Part shown: in pieces, positions 36,814 through 46,700 of the stretch | How positions within the stretch are numbered: position 1 is the first letter of the stretch | Layout: every line of letters begins with the position of its first letter | Assembly (NCBI GenBank): GCA_031372765.1 | Contig: JANMLW010000064.1 | Span: forward strand, 1 to 55,130 | DNA from: Hyphomicrobiales bacterium | GTDB taxonomy: Bacteria > Pseudomonadota > Alphaproteobacteria > Rhizobiales > Beijerinckiaceae | DNA length: 55,130 nucleotides | Direction of reading: 5' to 3' | Notes under the pieces: generated by a model | The model's input: the letters and a program-made list of their open reading frames with translations, nothing else | Told to the model about the DNA's origin: nothing | Databases searched by the model: none | Made by a program: the position numbers and the translations under genes

Positions 36814-37571
36814 CCACCTGTTGCGGCCGCTTTGTCAGCGCCTTGCATGCCGCCTCCTAGGAAAAGCTGCGCCACGCGCGGGTCTGCCAGCACGGTGTGC
36901 GCCGTGTCCTCGATGCGCGTCTGGCCCTGTTCCAGCACCAGGGCATGATCTGAAATCTGCAATGCCTGCCTGGCATTCTGCTCAATCAGCAGGATTGAGA
37001 CGCCGGAATCACGCAAGCCTGTCATGATCGAAAAGACTTCCTGCACCATAAGGGGCGAGAGGCCTATGGATGGCTCGTCAATCAGCATCAGCTTGGGCCG
37101 CAACAGCAGGCCACGGGCGATTTCCAGCAATTTCTGCTGTCCGCCCGAAAGCGTGGAGGCCTGCGCATTGGCTTTATCCCGCAACATCGGAAACCGTGTC
37201 ATCATCTGCGCGACCAGTCCCGGCAGGGAGGATTGATCCGAGAGAGCCACGCCGCCCAGTTCCAGGTTATGCCTGACGGAAAGCTCCGGGAAGATATTGC
37301 GGCCCTGCGGCACATAGGACACGCCGCTATCCAGCATCTGGCGCGGCTTGAAGCCGGTGATATCCTGACCGTCAAACACGATCCTGCCGGTGCGTACCGG
37401 CAGCAATCCGAATACGGTCTTGAACATCGTTGATTTGCCGGCACCGTTTGGGCCGATGACGGTGGTGATGGCTCCCCGCTGAACAGTCGCCGTTGTGCCG
37501 TTGAGGATAGTCATCTTGCCATAGCCGGAGATGACATCGGTAAGGGTGAGAATGGGCGTTTGAGCGGTCAT
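36810..37571 (-). CDS. Branched-chain-amino-acid-type ABC transporter ATP-binding protein (LivF-like)
   Basis: Carries Walker A GPNGAGKST, the signature LSGGQQKLLEIAR, and Walker B MLIDEPSIGLSP. The ATG at 37571 lies 6 nt after GAGG. Confidence 0.9.
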   Translation of the reverse strand: MTAQTPILTLTDVISGYGKMTILNGTTATVQRGAITTVIGPNGAGKSTMFKTVFGLLPVRTGRIVFDGQDITGFKPRQMLDSGVSYVPQGRNIFPELSVRHNLELGGVALSDQSSLPGLVAQMMTRFPMLRDKANAQASTLSGGQQKLLEIARGLLLRPKLMLIDEPSIGLSPLMVQEVFSIMTGLRDSGVSILLIEQNARQALQISDHALVLEQGQTRIEDTAHTVLADPRVAQLFLGGGMQGADKAAATGG

Positions 37572-37578
37572 TACGGCC

Positions 37579-38328
37579 TCAATGTCCAAGGTAGGCTTCG
37601 ATAACTTTGGGATTGCCGCGAATCTGGTCTGGCGTACCTTCGGCTATGATCTGCCCCTCGGCCAGCACGAGGATGCGCGTACACAGGCTCATGACAAATT
37701 CCATGTTGTGCTCAATGACCACGAAGGTCGCACCCGTCTCGGCATTGATGGCCTGTAACCGCTCCTTCAGGTTGGCGAGCATGGTGAGGTTCACGCCGCC
37801 CGCCGGTTCATCCAGCAGCACAAGGCGCGGACCGGCCATGAAAGCCATGGCGCAATCCAGCAGTTTCTGCTGACCGTAGGAGAGGCCGCTGGCTTTCTCG
37901 TCGGCGAGATGGTCAAGCCGGAAAAACTGGATCATGCGGTTGGCGGCATCAGTCAGGCCCGCATCACGCTTGCCAAACAACCGCGATAGCCGCGTGCCCT
38001 TGTGCTCCTGACCGGCGAGGATAAGATTCTCGCGCACGGTCAGTTCCGGGAAGACCTGCAAGAGCTGGAAGGTTCGGCTCATGCCCAATCGGTTAAGTTC
38101 GGAGGGACGCAACCCCGATACGCTTCGTCCATCCACCAGCACATCGCCGCGGTTGGGCAGCAACTGGCCCAGGATGCAGTTGAACAAGGTGGACTTTCCC
38201 GATCCGTTGGGGCCGATCAGACCCAGGATTTCACCCTCGCGCACATCGAACGTGACACCGCGCACGGCATGCACCCCGCCGAAGGACTTGGCCACATCGC
38301 ACACCTCAAGAACTGTGTTGCCCATCAC
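37579..38328 (-). CDS. Branched-chain-amino-acid-type ABC transporter ATP-binding protein (LivG-like)
   Basis: Carries Walker A GPNGSGKST, the signature LSYGQQKLL, and Walker B LLDEPAGGVN. Confidence 0.92.
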   Translation of the reverse strand: MMGNTVLEVCDVAKSFGGVHAVRGVTFDVREGEILGLIGPNGSGKSTLFNCILGQLLPNRGDVLVDGRSVSGLRPSELNRLGMSRTFQLLQVFPELTVRENLILAGQEHKGTRLSRLFGKRDAGLTDAANRMIQFFRLDHLADEKASGLSYGQQKLLDCAMAFMAGPRLVLLDEPAGGVNLTMLANLKERLQAINAETGATFVVIEHNMEFVMSLCTRILVLAEGQIIAEGTPDQIRGNPKVIEAYLGH

Positions 38329-39437
38329 ATGTTCTTTCCAAGGGTCTTCTGCTCTAGCGTCGCGCCCCTGCTGTCAGCATGGGGCCTGCGGGCAGGCGTC
38401 AGCAGCGCGCTGATGGCACCGGCCACACCGCGCGGCATGAAGGCGATCATGACGATGACGATGACAGCATAGACAAGAATGTAGGACCCGTGACCGGCCC
38501 ACTTGTAGCCCGACGCCACAAGGGACGACTGGAATGTCTCGATCCACAGCGGAAGCAGCACCGAAATACCCGCACCGATGAAGGGTCCAAAGAAATAGCC
38601 CATGCCTCCCACCACGATCATCAGCAGGAAAAGCAAGGATTTTTCGAGCGCGAAAGGGCTGGGATCAATGAATTCGACAAGCGGCGCAAACAGGCTGCCT
38701 GCAAGACCGCCGTAAGCCGAGCCAATGGCGAAGGCCAGCAATGTGTACTGGCGGACATCGACGCCAAGGCTTTCCGCCCTGACAGCATTTTCGCGGAGGG
38801 CCGTGAAAGCCCGCCCCCAGGGGGATTTCACCAGCCACCACATGGCGGCGGCAAGCACCACTGTCGTGATCAGGATGAAGTAGGTGTAGCGATGCGGCAG
38901 ACGGCGCGAGGGGGACATCTCGACGCCCAGGATGGTGGGACGGGTGATATCCTGAATGCCGAAAACGCCTCCGGTCAGCCATTCCTCGTTGCGGAAAAAC
39001 AGCCACATGAAAACCGAAAAGGCGAGCGTGACAAAGGCAAGATAATGCTTCTGCACACGCAGCGCCGGAAACCCGATCAGCAATCCCAGAAAGAAGGTGA
39101 TGACAGCAGAAGCCAGCAAGGCGCTCAGCATCGAGAACGGTTGCCATTCCAGCATGACTGGTGCGGCGACGAACGGCAGCGAGAGTGCCAGTTTTCCGCC
39201 CTTGATCATGAGTGCCGTGGTGTACGCGCCCACACCCATGAAGCCGGCCTGCGCCAGTGTTTCCTGCCCGGCATAACCCATGATCAGGTTGACGCCGAGT
39301 GCTGCCACGGCCGTTACCAGCCAGAGCGACATGATGTTGTTGCCATAGCGACCAAGCCACATCGGCGCGGCGAAGGCGAGAACAAGGGCTGCGGCCAGCA
39401 CGGCGAGCGGTAACCAGGGCGGCAATTGCCTTGTCAT
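38325..39437 (-). CDS. Liv-type ABC transporter permease (LivM-like)
   Basis: Polytopic membrane protein whose reading frame overlaps both neighbouring genes. Confidence 0.9.
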   Translation of the reverse strand: MTRQLPPWLPLAVLAAALVLAFAAPMWLGRYGNNIMSLWLVTAVAALGVNLIMGYAGQETLAQAGFMGVGAYTTALMIKGGKLALSLPFVAAPVMLEWQPFSMLSALLASAVITFFLGLLIGFPALRVQKHYLAFVTLAFSVFMWLFFRNEEWLTGGVFGIQDITRPTILGVEMSPSRRLPHRYTYFILITTVVLAAAMWWLVKSPWGRAFTALRENAVRAESLGVDVRQYTLLAFAIGSAYGGLAGSLFAPLVEFIDPSPFALEKSLLFLLMIVVGGMGYFFGPFIGAGISVLLPLWIETFQSSLVASGYKWAGHGSYILVYAVIVIVMIAFMPRGVAGAISALLTPARRPHADSRGATLEQKTLGKNM

Positions 39438-40315
39438 ACCGAGCGCTCCTCACGGCGGCCAAGCAGACCCTGAGGGCGGAACAGGATGATCACAACCAGC
39501 AGCAGCAGCGGCACCGCCAACCTGTATCGGCTGGATACGTAGGCAGCGGCGAGGTTGTCGACGACGCCGACAAGAAGCCCCCCTACGATGGCACCCCGCA
39601 CCTGATTGAACCCGCCGACGATTGCCGCAACGAATGCCGTGAGGCCAAGCACCTCGCCATTGGTGAATTTTGCCAGATAGATAGGCGAGATCAGCAGCGA
39701 CGCCACAGCGGCAAGGCCCGCATTGATCAGGAAGGTGTAGAGAACCATGCGCTCGACATCGACGCCCAGGATGCGCGCGACGGTCGGGTTCTGTGCCGTG
39801 GCCTGCATCTGCCTTCCGGTGCGCGTGCCGTTCAGGAACCACTGCAAGGTCACGATCGTTATCAGTGCCACCAGCAGCACGCCGATCTGCGCCAGCGAGA
39901 TTTTAACACCCATAAACGAGTAGAGCGTATCGGGCAGGATGGTGGGAAAGCGCTGCCCTTCCGCACTGTAGAATTCCTTGACGCCGTCTTTCAGCAACAG
40001 GGCAAAGGCGATCGTTGAAATGACCAGCGGCAAGGTGCCCTTCTGGCCCAGCAGCGGATCGACAATCACATGCTTGAAGGCAAAGCCCAGGACAGCCAGC
40101 GCGCAGGCGATGGAGAAAACAGCGGCGACACCGAAGGGCATGCCAAGCGCTGACATGCCAGCCAGCGCGAAGAATGCCGGCACCATTACAAACTCGCCCT
40201 GAGCGAAGTTGATCGTCTGGGAGGTCTGCCAGAGTAGCGTGAAACCAATCGCCGCCAGTGCGTAGATTGATCCTGTGGCAATCCCTGAAATCAGAAGTTG
40301 GAAAAAGTCGACCAT
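39434..40315 (-). CDS. Liv-type ABC transporter permease (LivH-like)
   Basis: Carries MVDFFQLLISGIATGSIYALAAIGFTLLW and INFAQGEF, a typical LivH N-terminus. Confidence 0.9.
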   Translation of the reverse strand: MVDFFQLLISGIATGSIYALAAIGFTLLWQTSQTINFAQGEFVMVPAFFALAGMSALGMPFGVAAVFSIACALAVLGFAFKHVIVDPLLGQKGTLPLVISTIAFALLLKDGVKEFYSAEGQRFPTILPDTLYSFMGVKISLAQIGVLLVALITIVTLQWFLNGTRTGRQMQATAQNPTVARILGVDVERMVLYTFLINAGLAAVASLLISPIYLAKFTNGEVLGLTAFVAAIVGGFNQVRGAIVGGLLVGVVDNLAAAYVSSRYRLAVPLLLLVVIILFRPQGLLGRREERSV

Positions 40316-40359
40316 ATCCGCTCCGGCTGCGAGGCAGGCTTGAAGGATGGATCAAGACA

Positions 40360-40390
40360 ACGCCACATCCCCGGAAAGGAAATGTGGCGT
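40360..40390 (-). promoter_or_regulatory. Intercistronic stem-loop directly after the binding-protein gene
   Basis: ACGCCACAT pairs with ATGTGGCGT (a perfect 9-bp stem) around a 13-nt loop. It lies between the binding-protein stop (40399) and the permease start (40315). Confidence 0.5.
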
Positions 40391-40398
40391 CTGGCTGC

Positions 40399-41532
40399 TT
40401 ATTTCAGCTTGGGCAAGGTCTTGGTGATCACCTGCTTGCCGTTCTTCACTTCCGCGAGGAAGGAAATCCGGTCGATCTCTCCGGTATCATCCCATGTGGC
40501 TTCAATCAGGATGCCGGGCTCCTTGTCGGGCGAGATGGTCATGCCACGCAGCGCATCACCGATGGCTTTGGGGTCGAGCTTGCCCGCTTTTTCTGCGGCG
40601 GCCTTGATCATATAAAGGGCGATGTAGCCCTTGATGCCGTTATGGTCAGACTTGCTCTTGAAGCGTTCTTCATAGCGTTTGCCAAAATCCTGAATGGCAG
40701 GAATGGGTGCATCGACCGTCAGGCCCACGTGCCCGCGTACGCCTTCAGCGGATGCCTGCGCGAGATCGACAACCTTCTGGCCGAGCAATGTCGTTTCGCC
40801 GATCAGCGGTTTGTCAACGCCCTGTTTCTTGGCTTCGATGAGGAAACGGGCACTCTCTTCCTCATTCATGTAAACAAAGATCGCGTCCGCATTGGCACTC
40901 TTCAGCTTCACCACATCGGCGGCAAAATCAGCCTGTCCCGTTTCCGCCGAGATGTCAGCGGCGATCTTGATGCCGCGCTTTTCAAGCTCGGGAATGATGG
41001 CGTTGCGGCCGCCCTTTCCGAAATCGTTGTTCTGATAGATGACGGTGACGGTTTTTGCCTTCACTTCATTCTGGATGTAGGTGGCGATCTTGGGCATCGA
41101 GACGTTCTGGCCAAAGGATGTGCGGAAGATGAACTTCGATCCCTGGGCCGTCAGGTTACCCGCCTCGCCGCCGATGACCTGCGGGGTCTGGGCTTCGTTT
41201 GTGAGCTTGAGCGTCGCATTGACAGAGCCGGAATAGATGGGGCCAAAAATCGCGATTGGCTTGCTGTCCAGCGCCCGCTCGATGGCAGCACGCGCCTTGC
41301 CGGGATCAGAACCGGTGTCGATGTAATCGAGCTGGATTTTCTTGCCCAGGATACCACCCTTGGCATTGATGTCGTCCATGGCCATGGTGGAACCGTTTTT
41401 CCACATGGCGCCAACGCTGGCACCGCCACCTGATAGCTCAATGATATTGGGGATGCGGATGACATCCTGTGCGCTGACACTGCTTCCAAGAACGGCGAGC
41501 GCGGCTGCGCCCAACAAAACGCGACGATCCAT
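40399..41532 (-). CDS. Liv-type ABC transporter periplasmic substrate-binding protein
   Basis: Has a signal peptide (MDRRVLLGAAALAVLGSSVSA) and the type I periplasmic-binding-protein pattern. Confidence 0.9.
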   Translation of the reverse strand: MDRRVLLGAAALAVLGSSVSAQDVIRIPNIIELSGGGASVGAMWKNGSTMAMDDINAKGGILGKKIQLDYIDTGSDPGKARAAIERALDSKPIAIFGPIYSGSVNATLKLTNEAQTPQVIGGEAGNLTAQGSKFIFRTSFGQNVSMPKIATYIQNEVKAKTVTVIYQNNDFGKGGRNAIIPELEKRGIKIAADISAETGQADFAADVVKLKSANADAIFVYMNEEESARFLIEAKKQGVDKPLIGETTLLGQKVVDLAQASAEGVRGHVGLTVDAPIPAIQDFGKRYEERFKSKSDHNGIKGYIALYMIKAAAEKAGKLDPKAIGDALRGMTISPDKEPGILIEATWDDTGEIDRISFLAEVKNGKQVITKTLPKLK

Positions 41533-41751
41533 GATTTCCTCCGATGGGGTCCATTGCCCCTTTTTGTCTTTCTGCAGAGACTGATAATCGATCTAAACCA
41601 GAATGCAACTCAAAAATGGAATTGCTTTTCACTTTTGAATTTGCAACCTTGTCACTGCGTTGGCAAAGCTAGCGTGCTTGTCCATGGGCGGCAAGGAATC
41701 AGGGAGCCACCTATCCGGCTTCCGCACAAAAGTTTCCGGGAGTGGCTTCGC

Positions 41752-42564
41752 ATGAGTGGTGTTCTTGAAAGAACGCTGGGTATTCTGGAGGTGCTGGCCG
41801 CCCATCCCGAAGGCAAATCGCTGGGTGCCATCGCCGAAAAACTGAATATACCGCTGAGTGCCGCACACCGATTGCTTGCGGAACTGTCCAGCCATGGCTA
41901 CGTCAAGCAGCTGCGCGATCAGGGAGAATATGGTCTTTCCACCAAGCTGGTGGCCATGGTCCTCGACTACATGGGTGCGGCTGGTATCGTCGATTTTGCC
42001 CAGCCGGTGCTCGATAAATTGGCGCAGGATACAGGCGAGTTCATCCGTCTTGCCGTCATCGAAGGCCAGCGCCTGACCTGGGTGGCCCGTGCGCAAGGGG
42101 CGCGGCGTGGCCTGCGCTATGATCCCGATATCGACACGACGGCCCGCCTGTCCTGCACCGCCAGTGGCCATGCCTGGCTGATGACCATGAATGATGACGA
42201 TGCGCTGATGCATGTGGCCCATCAAGGTTTTGGCAAGCCCGAGGAATACGGCCCCAATGCGCCTACCAGTCCGCTCAGGCTGCTGGCCCTGTTGAACGAA
42301 GCGCGCAAGCGCGGGTTTGGCATGACGCATGACATGTTCGCGCCGGGCCTTGCTTCCATGGCCGTGCCTGTCCAGCGCAACAACGAGATTCCGGTCGGTA
42401 TTCTCAGCATTGCAGGGCCAACGGTGCGCCTGCCGCAGGAGCGTTTTCAGGCTTTTCTGCCGCTTTTGCGCACTGCCGCCCATGAGATTGCGGTGGCCAG
42501 TGCGTCCTCCCCCCTGTTTGCCTCACGCCGTATTGTCTCCAGCGAGAACGAGCGACGGGGCTAA
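41752..42564 (+). CDS. IclR-family transcriptional regulator
   Basis: Has an N-terminal winged HTH (LERTLGILEVLAAHPEGKSLGAIAEKLNIPLSAAHRLL) and a C-terminal IclR effector domain. The start is trimmed to 41752. Confidence 0.88.
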   Translation: MSGVLERTLGILEVLAAHPEGKSLGAIAEKLNIPLSAAHRLLAELSSHGYVKQLRDQGEYGLSTKLVAMVLDYMGAAGIVDFAQPVLDKLAQDTGEFIRLAVIEGQRLTWVARAQGARRGLRYDPDIDTTARLSCTASGHAWLMTMNDDDALMHVAHQGFGKPEEYGPNAPTSPLRLLALLNEARKRGFGMTHDMFAPGLASMAVPVQRNNEIPVGILSIAGPTVRLPQERFQAFLPLLRTAAHEIAVASASSPLFASRRIVSSENERRG

Positions 42565-42626
42565 GATGAGTTGCCAAATGGCATGATTGTCTCTATATAT
42601 GTTTTAATGGCATTGCGAGGTCAGTC

Positions 42627-43034
42627 ATGCTGCAAACCGTCGATACTCTCAAAAGGGCCTTTGTTCCGGGCTCCCTCAGTGAGGCTGAGGCAGCTGCCAG
42701 CTTTCGCGCCGCAGTCAATCTGTTTCGTCTTTGGGACATTACCGATGAGCAGGCCGCCGTGCTGGTTGATTTGCCGGTGCGCACCTATCGGCGCTGGAAG
42801 GCGGGAGAACAGGGCCGCATGAGCCGTGATGGCAAGGCCAGACTCTCCCATATCCTGGGCATACACAAAGCCCTTCGTCTGGTCTTTCGTGAGCCGCAGC
42901 GGGGTTATGGCTGGATCAAGGCTGCCAATGATGCGTTTTCTGGCACATCGGCCCTAACCGTCATGCTTGGAGGGGAACTGACGGACCTGATGCGTGTGCG
43001 CCGCTATCTCGATGCCGAAAGGGGCGGCTGGTGA
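42627..43034 (+). CDS. Xre/MbcA/ParS-type antitoxin (DUF2384 domain)
   Basis: Carries LWDITDEQAAVLVDLPVRTYRRWK and a C-terminal toxin-binding region (P.RGYGWIKAANDAF.G.SALTVML.G). A GTGA overlap links it to the RES gene. Confidence 0.85.
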   Translation: MLQTVDTLKRAFVPGSLSEAEAAASFRAAVNLFRLWDITDEQAAVLVDLPVRTYRRWKAGEQGRMSRDGKARLSHILGIHKALRLVFREPQRGYGWIKAANDAFSGTSALTVMLGGELTDLMRVRRYLDAERGGW

Positions 43035-43744
43035 ATGTTGCTGCCACGGTTCCGGTCACAAGCATACACTGGAAGCGCGCGGTGCGGATCATCCGCAGTA
43101 TTCATCCGCCCATTGATCTCTTTGAGGATATTGCCGATCCCGCTGACTGGCCGCTGCTGATTGCGGCGGAGCAGAAGACCAATCCGCGCTTGATGGAGAG
43201 CATTGGCAATCTTGATCTGGTGCCGGTTGCACGGCGGGTAAGCGGGGCGGGAGCAAGCTATCTTATGGCGCCTTTCACCCATATCAGTATGGACAGGCCA
43301 AGCCGTTTCAGCGACGGCACATACGGTGTGCTTTACGCCGGGGAAACATTTGAGGTTGCGCTGTTCGAGACCATCCACCACCACGCCTGCTTCATGCGCA
43401 GCACCAATGAGCCAGCAGGCTGGACATCACAGTTTCGCGAAATTGTGCTCGATATCGCGGGTATGCTGCATGATCTTACGCAGTCCGCAGCGCTCTTTGC
43501 GGATGTACTTCATCCCGATGATTACGGCGCAAGCCAGCGTCTGGGCCAGAATTTACGGTCGTCACATTCAGAAGGCATTGTCTATCCCAGTGTCCGCCAT
43601 GCCGGGGGGATGTGCGCAGGGTTGTTCCATCCCGATCTCGCCAGCCATGCGGTGCAGGGGCGGCACCTCGATTATCACTGGAATGGCAGCAGGGTTGATC
43701 TGGTCCGCAATGCTGGCACGGCTGAAGTGTTCAGGCTGCGTTAG
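43031..43744 (+). CDS. RES-domain toxin (NAD+-targeting MbcT/ParT family)
   Basis: Carries PSRFSDGTYGVLYAGE, EVALFET and GIVYPSVRHAGG, which supply the R, E and S signature residues. The start is a GTG overlapping the antitoxin stop. Confidence 0.85.
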   Translation: MNVAATVPVTSIHWKRAVRIIRSIHPPIDLFEDIADPADWPLLIAAEQKTNPRLMESIGNLDLVPVARRVSGAGASYLMAPFTHISMDRPSRFSDGTYGVLYAGETFEVALFETIHHHACFMRSTNEPAGWTSQFREIVLDIAGMLHDLTQSAALFADVLHPDDYGASQRLGQNLRSSHSEGIVYPSVRHAGGMCAGLFHPDLASHAVQGRHLDYHWNGSRVDLVRNAGTAEVFRLR

Positions 43745-46700
43745 GCCACCAGTTTCTCGGCAGATTGCAGATCGACCGAGACCAGCTGGCTAATGCCGCG
43801 CTCGGCCATGGTAACGCCGAACAACCGGTCCATCCGCGCCATGGTGATGGGGTTATGCGTGATGATGATGAAGCGTGTTTCAGTAGAAGCCACCATGTCA
43901 TCCAGCAGGGCGCAAAGGCGCTCGACGTTGTGATCATCCAGAGGCGCGTCGATTTCATCCAGCACGCAGATAGGTGACGGGTTGGTGAGGAACACGGCAA
44001 AGATCAGCGCGGTGGCGGTCAACGCCTGCTCGCCGCCTGAAAGAAGGGTAAGCACTGTCGGTTTCTTGCCTGGCGGCTTTGCCATGATTTCAAGGCCTGC
44101 CTCCAGCGGATCATCACTTTCGATCAGTTGTAACTCAGCTTCACCACCGCCAAAAAGTGTCACGAACAACCGCTTGAAATGGCCATTGACGACCTCGAAC
44201 GAGGCCAGCAGGCGCTCGCGCCCCTCACTGTTGAGGGACTGGATGCCCCGGCGCAATTTGCGGATAGCCCCGTCGAGATCCTCGCGTTCCGCCGTCAGGT
44301 CCGTGCGCTTCTGCTCCGCGTCCTGGAGTTCCTCGTCAGCCCGCAGATTGACCGCGCCCAGCCGTTCGCGCTCTCGCTTCAGGTTTTGCAACTTCTCTTC
44401 GGTTGCCCGCAACGGCGGTAAATCCTGCCCCGGTACCAGGCCCGCCATATCCGACAGGGCGGATGGGGCGACCTCCAGCGTTTCCTCAACCGCACGTTCC
44501 ACCTCTTCCACGCGCAGACGCCCGGTTTCAACCATAGCTTCCGAGCGGGCCCGCGCCTCGCGGGATGAGGCCAGATCCTGCAGCATGACGCGCGCCACCT
44601 TGTCGGCATCGGCAAAGGTCGTTTCGGCCAAAGCACGCTTGTCAGCCGCTTCCTTGCGGGCGGTTTCCGCCCCGTCGATCTCGTGAATGAGCGCACGGCG
44701 GCGCACCACGAAATCATCCGGTGCGGCCTCAAGCGCCTGCTGCTCGCCCTGCACAGCAACAACACGCTCGTTGATCTCTTCGGCCTGTTGCAGGGCGCGG
44801 GTCTTGCGTTCGTTCCAGGCCGTTATCTCGTTGACGATAGTGGCGCGGCGGCCATCCCGCATGGCAATCTCGCGGTCGATGGTCTGCAATGCAGCGCGGG
44901 CTTCAGCCGCATCGGCTCGGCGCTGCGCCACGACGGCACGGCGCTCGTTGACAATGCTGTTGAGTTCCGAATCCGGCTGGAAACCCTCGGCAGCCTGCTC
45001 GGTAGCGCGTTTGGCCGCAACCGCGTCATCGCGGTTGGCCAGCAGCCTTTGCCGGTTGTCGTTGAGGGCCTGCAAGCGGGCCGCACGTTCAGCATCCTTG
45101 CGCTCGGCGGCAGCTAGCAGATCACGGGCCTGATCGTTGTTCATACGGGCGGTGCGTACCGCATTGCGTGCATCCTGCTCCGCAACACCAGCGGCCCGCA
45201 CATTCTGCTGCAAGGCTTCCGCCTCGGCGCGCAGGCTGGCAAGCGTGTTGCGGGCAGCGGTTGCGGCGTCCTCGATTTCACCCAGACGGTTGCGCTCTGC
45301 CAGGCGCCGTGCGGCGGCAGTGGGCGCTTCGGCAGCAGCGGTCAGACCGTCCCAGCGCCACAGGTCACCCTCCCTGGAAACAAGCCGTTGGCCTGGCTTC
45401 AACAGACGCCGGAATGCCGCCCCTTCAGCCCGGGAGACAACACCGATCTGTGCCAGACGAAGGGCGAGGGCAGGGGGTGCTTTCACATGCCTGGACAGCG
45501 GATCAACCTGTGGCGGCAAGGGCGGATCACCCGCTGTACCAGCCACAACGCTCCAGTGTACCGGCGCAGTGGTGTTGGATGAGGCATCTAGATCATCCCC
45601 CATGGCTGCACCCAGCGCGATTTCGTAGCCCTTGGTCACGGTCAGCTCATCGACGATGGGTGGCCACAAATCACCACCAGCGCCCTCCAGCACCTTCTTT
45701 AGGGTGCGGATTTCTGTTTCGAGCCGCTGACTGTTGCGCTCGGCTTCAGCCAGATAGGGTCGCGCCTTGTTCTCGCCATCGCGGGTGGAGGCGAGGTGGG
45801 CTTCGGCTGCCTGTTGCGCTGTTTCGGCAGCAGCCAATCCGGCGGAAGCCTCGCCAAACCGCTTTCGCAACGCCACCAGATCAACACCACCGGCAACCTC
45901 GCCAAGTGCGGCAATCTCGCGGTCGGCCTGTGCCAGTTGGGCTTCGGCGCGGCTCAATCGCTCCGCGGCTTCACGCACAGCCCGTTCAGACGCCTGCCTG
46001 CGGGCCAGCAGGTCTGCCAGTGCCCCCTGCGAATCCGTCAGGGACTGCTCGGCACTGGCAAGATCACGCTCGACATGCTGCATGTGGGCGGCCGCAGAGG
46101 GACGTCCAGCTGCATCCGACTTGCTTGCTGCTTCAAGGATGCTGTCCTCACCTTCGAGTGCCGTCAGCGAACGGTTGGCATCCTCTATGGTCTGGCGTCC
46201 CCGGTCACGGTCGCGGTCAAGCTCTGTCAGGCGCGCCTCAAGCTCTGTCGCTCGGGATTTTGCCCGGCGCTCCTCGGCGTCGATCTGCTCACGGGCAATC
46301 TGCAACCGTTGCAGCGCGGCGGACCGGCGTGTCTCTTCCTCGCGCAGGGGCTGGATGGCGTGATCGGCCACGGCCTGGGCACGGGCGGCCTCGCCCTGCA
46401 ACCTCGTGCGCTCAGCCACGGCCCGCGTGTCGCTGTCAAACTGGCGCTCGGCGATCTGCAACTGACTGCGGGCATCCAGCACTGCCAGATGCAGCAGCAA
46501 TGCTTCCGCCTTGCGGATATGACCGGCAATTTCCTTGTAGCGGATCGACTGCCTGGCCTGCCTGGAGAGGCTTTCCACCTGTCCGTCGAGATGGCGCAGG
46601 ATATCCTCGACACGCAGCAGGTTGTCCTCAGTGGCCTTGAGCCGCAGTTCCGCCTCGTGCCGGCGCGAGTACAACCCTGCGATTCCGGCGGCATCTTCCA

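Noticed and set aside
38379-41433. Plus-strand ORFs of 344 aa and 391 aa opposite the LivM-like and binding-protein genes
   Set aside because: They are shadow ORFs. The minus-strand products have clear permease and binding-protein signatures, and the plus-strand translations are low-complexity.
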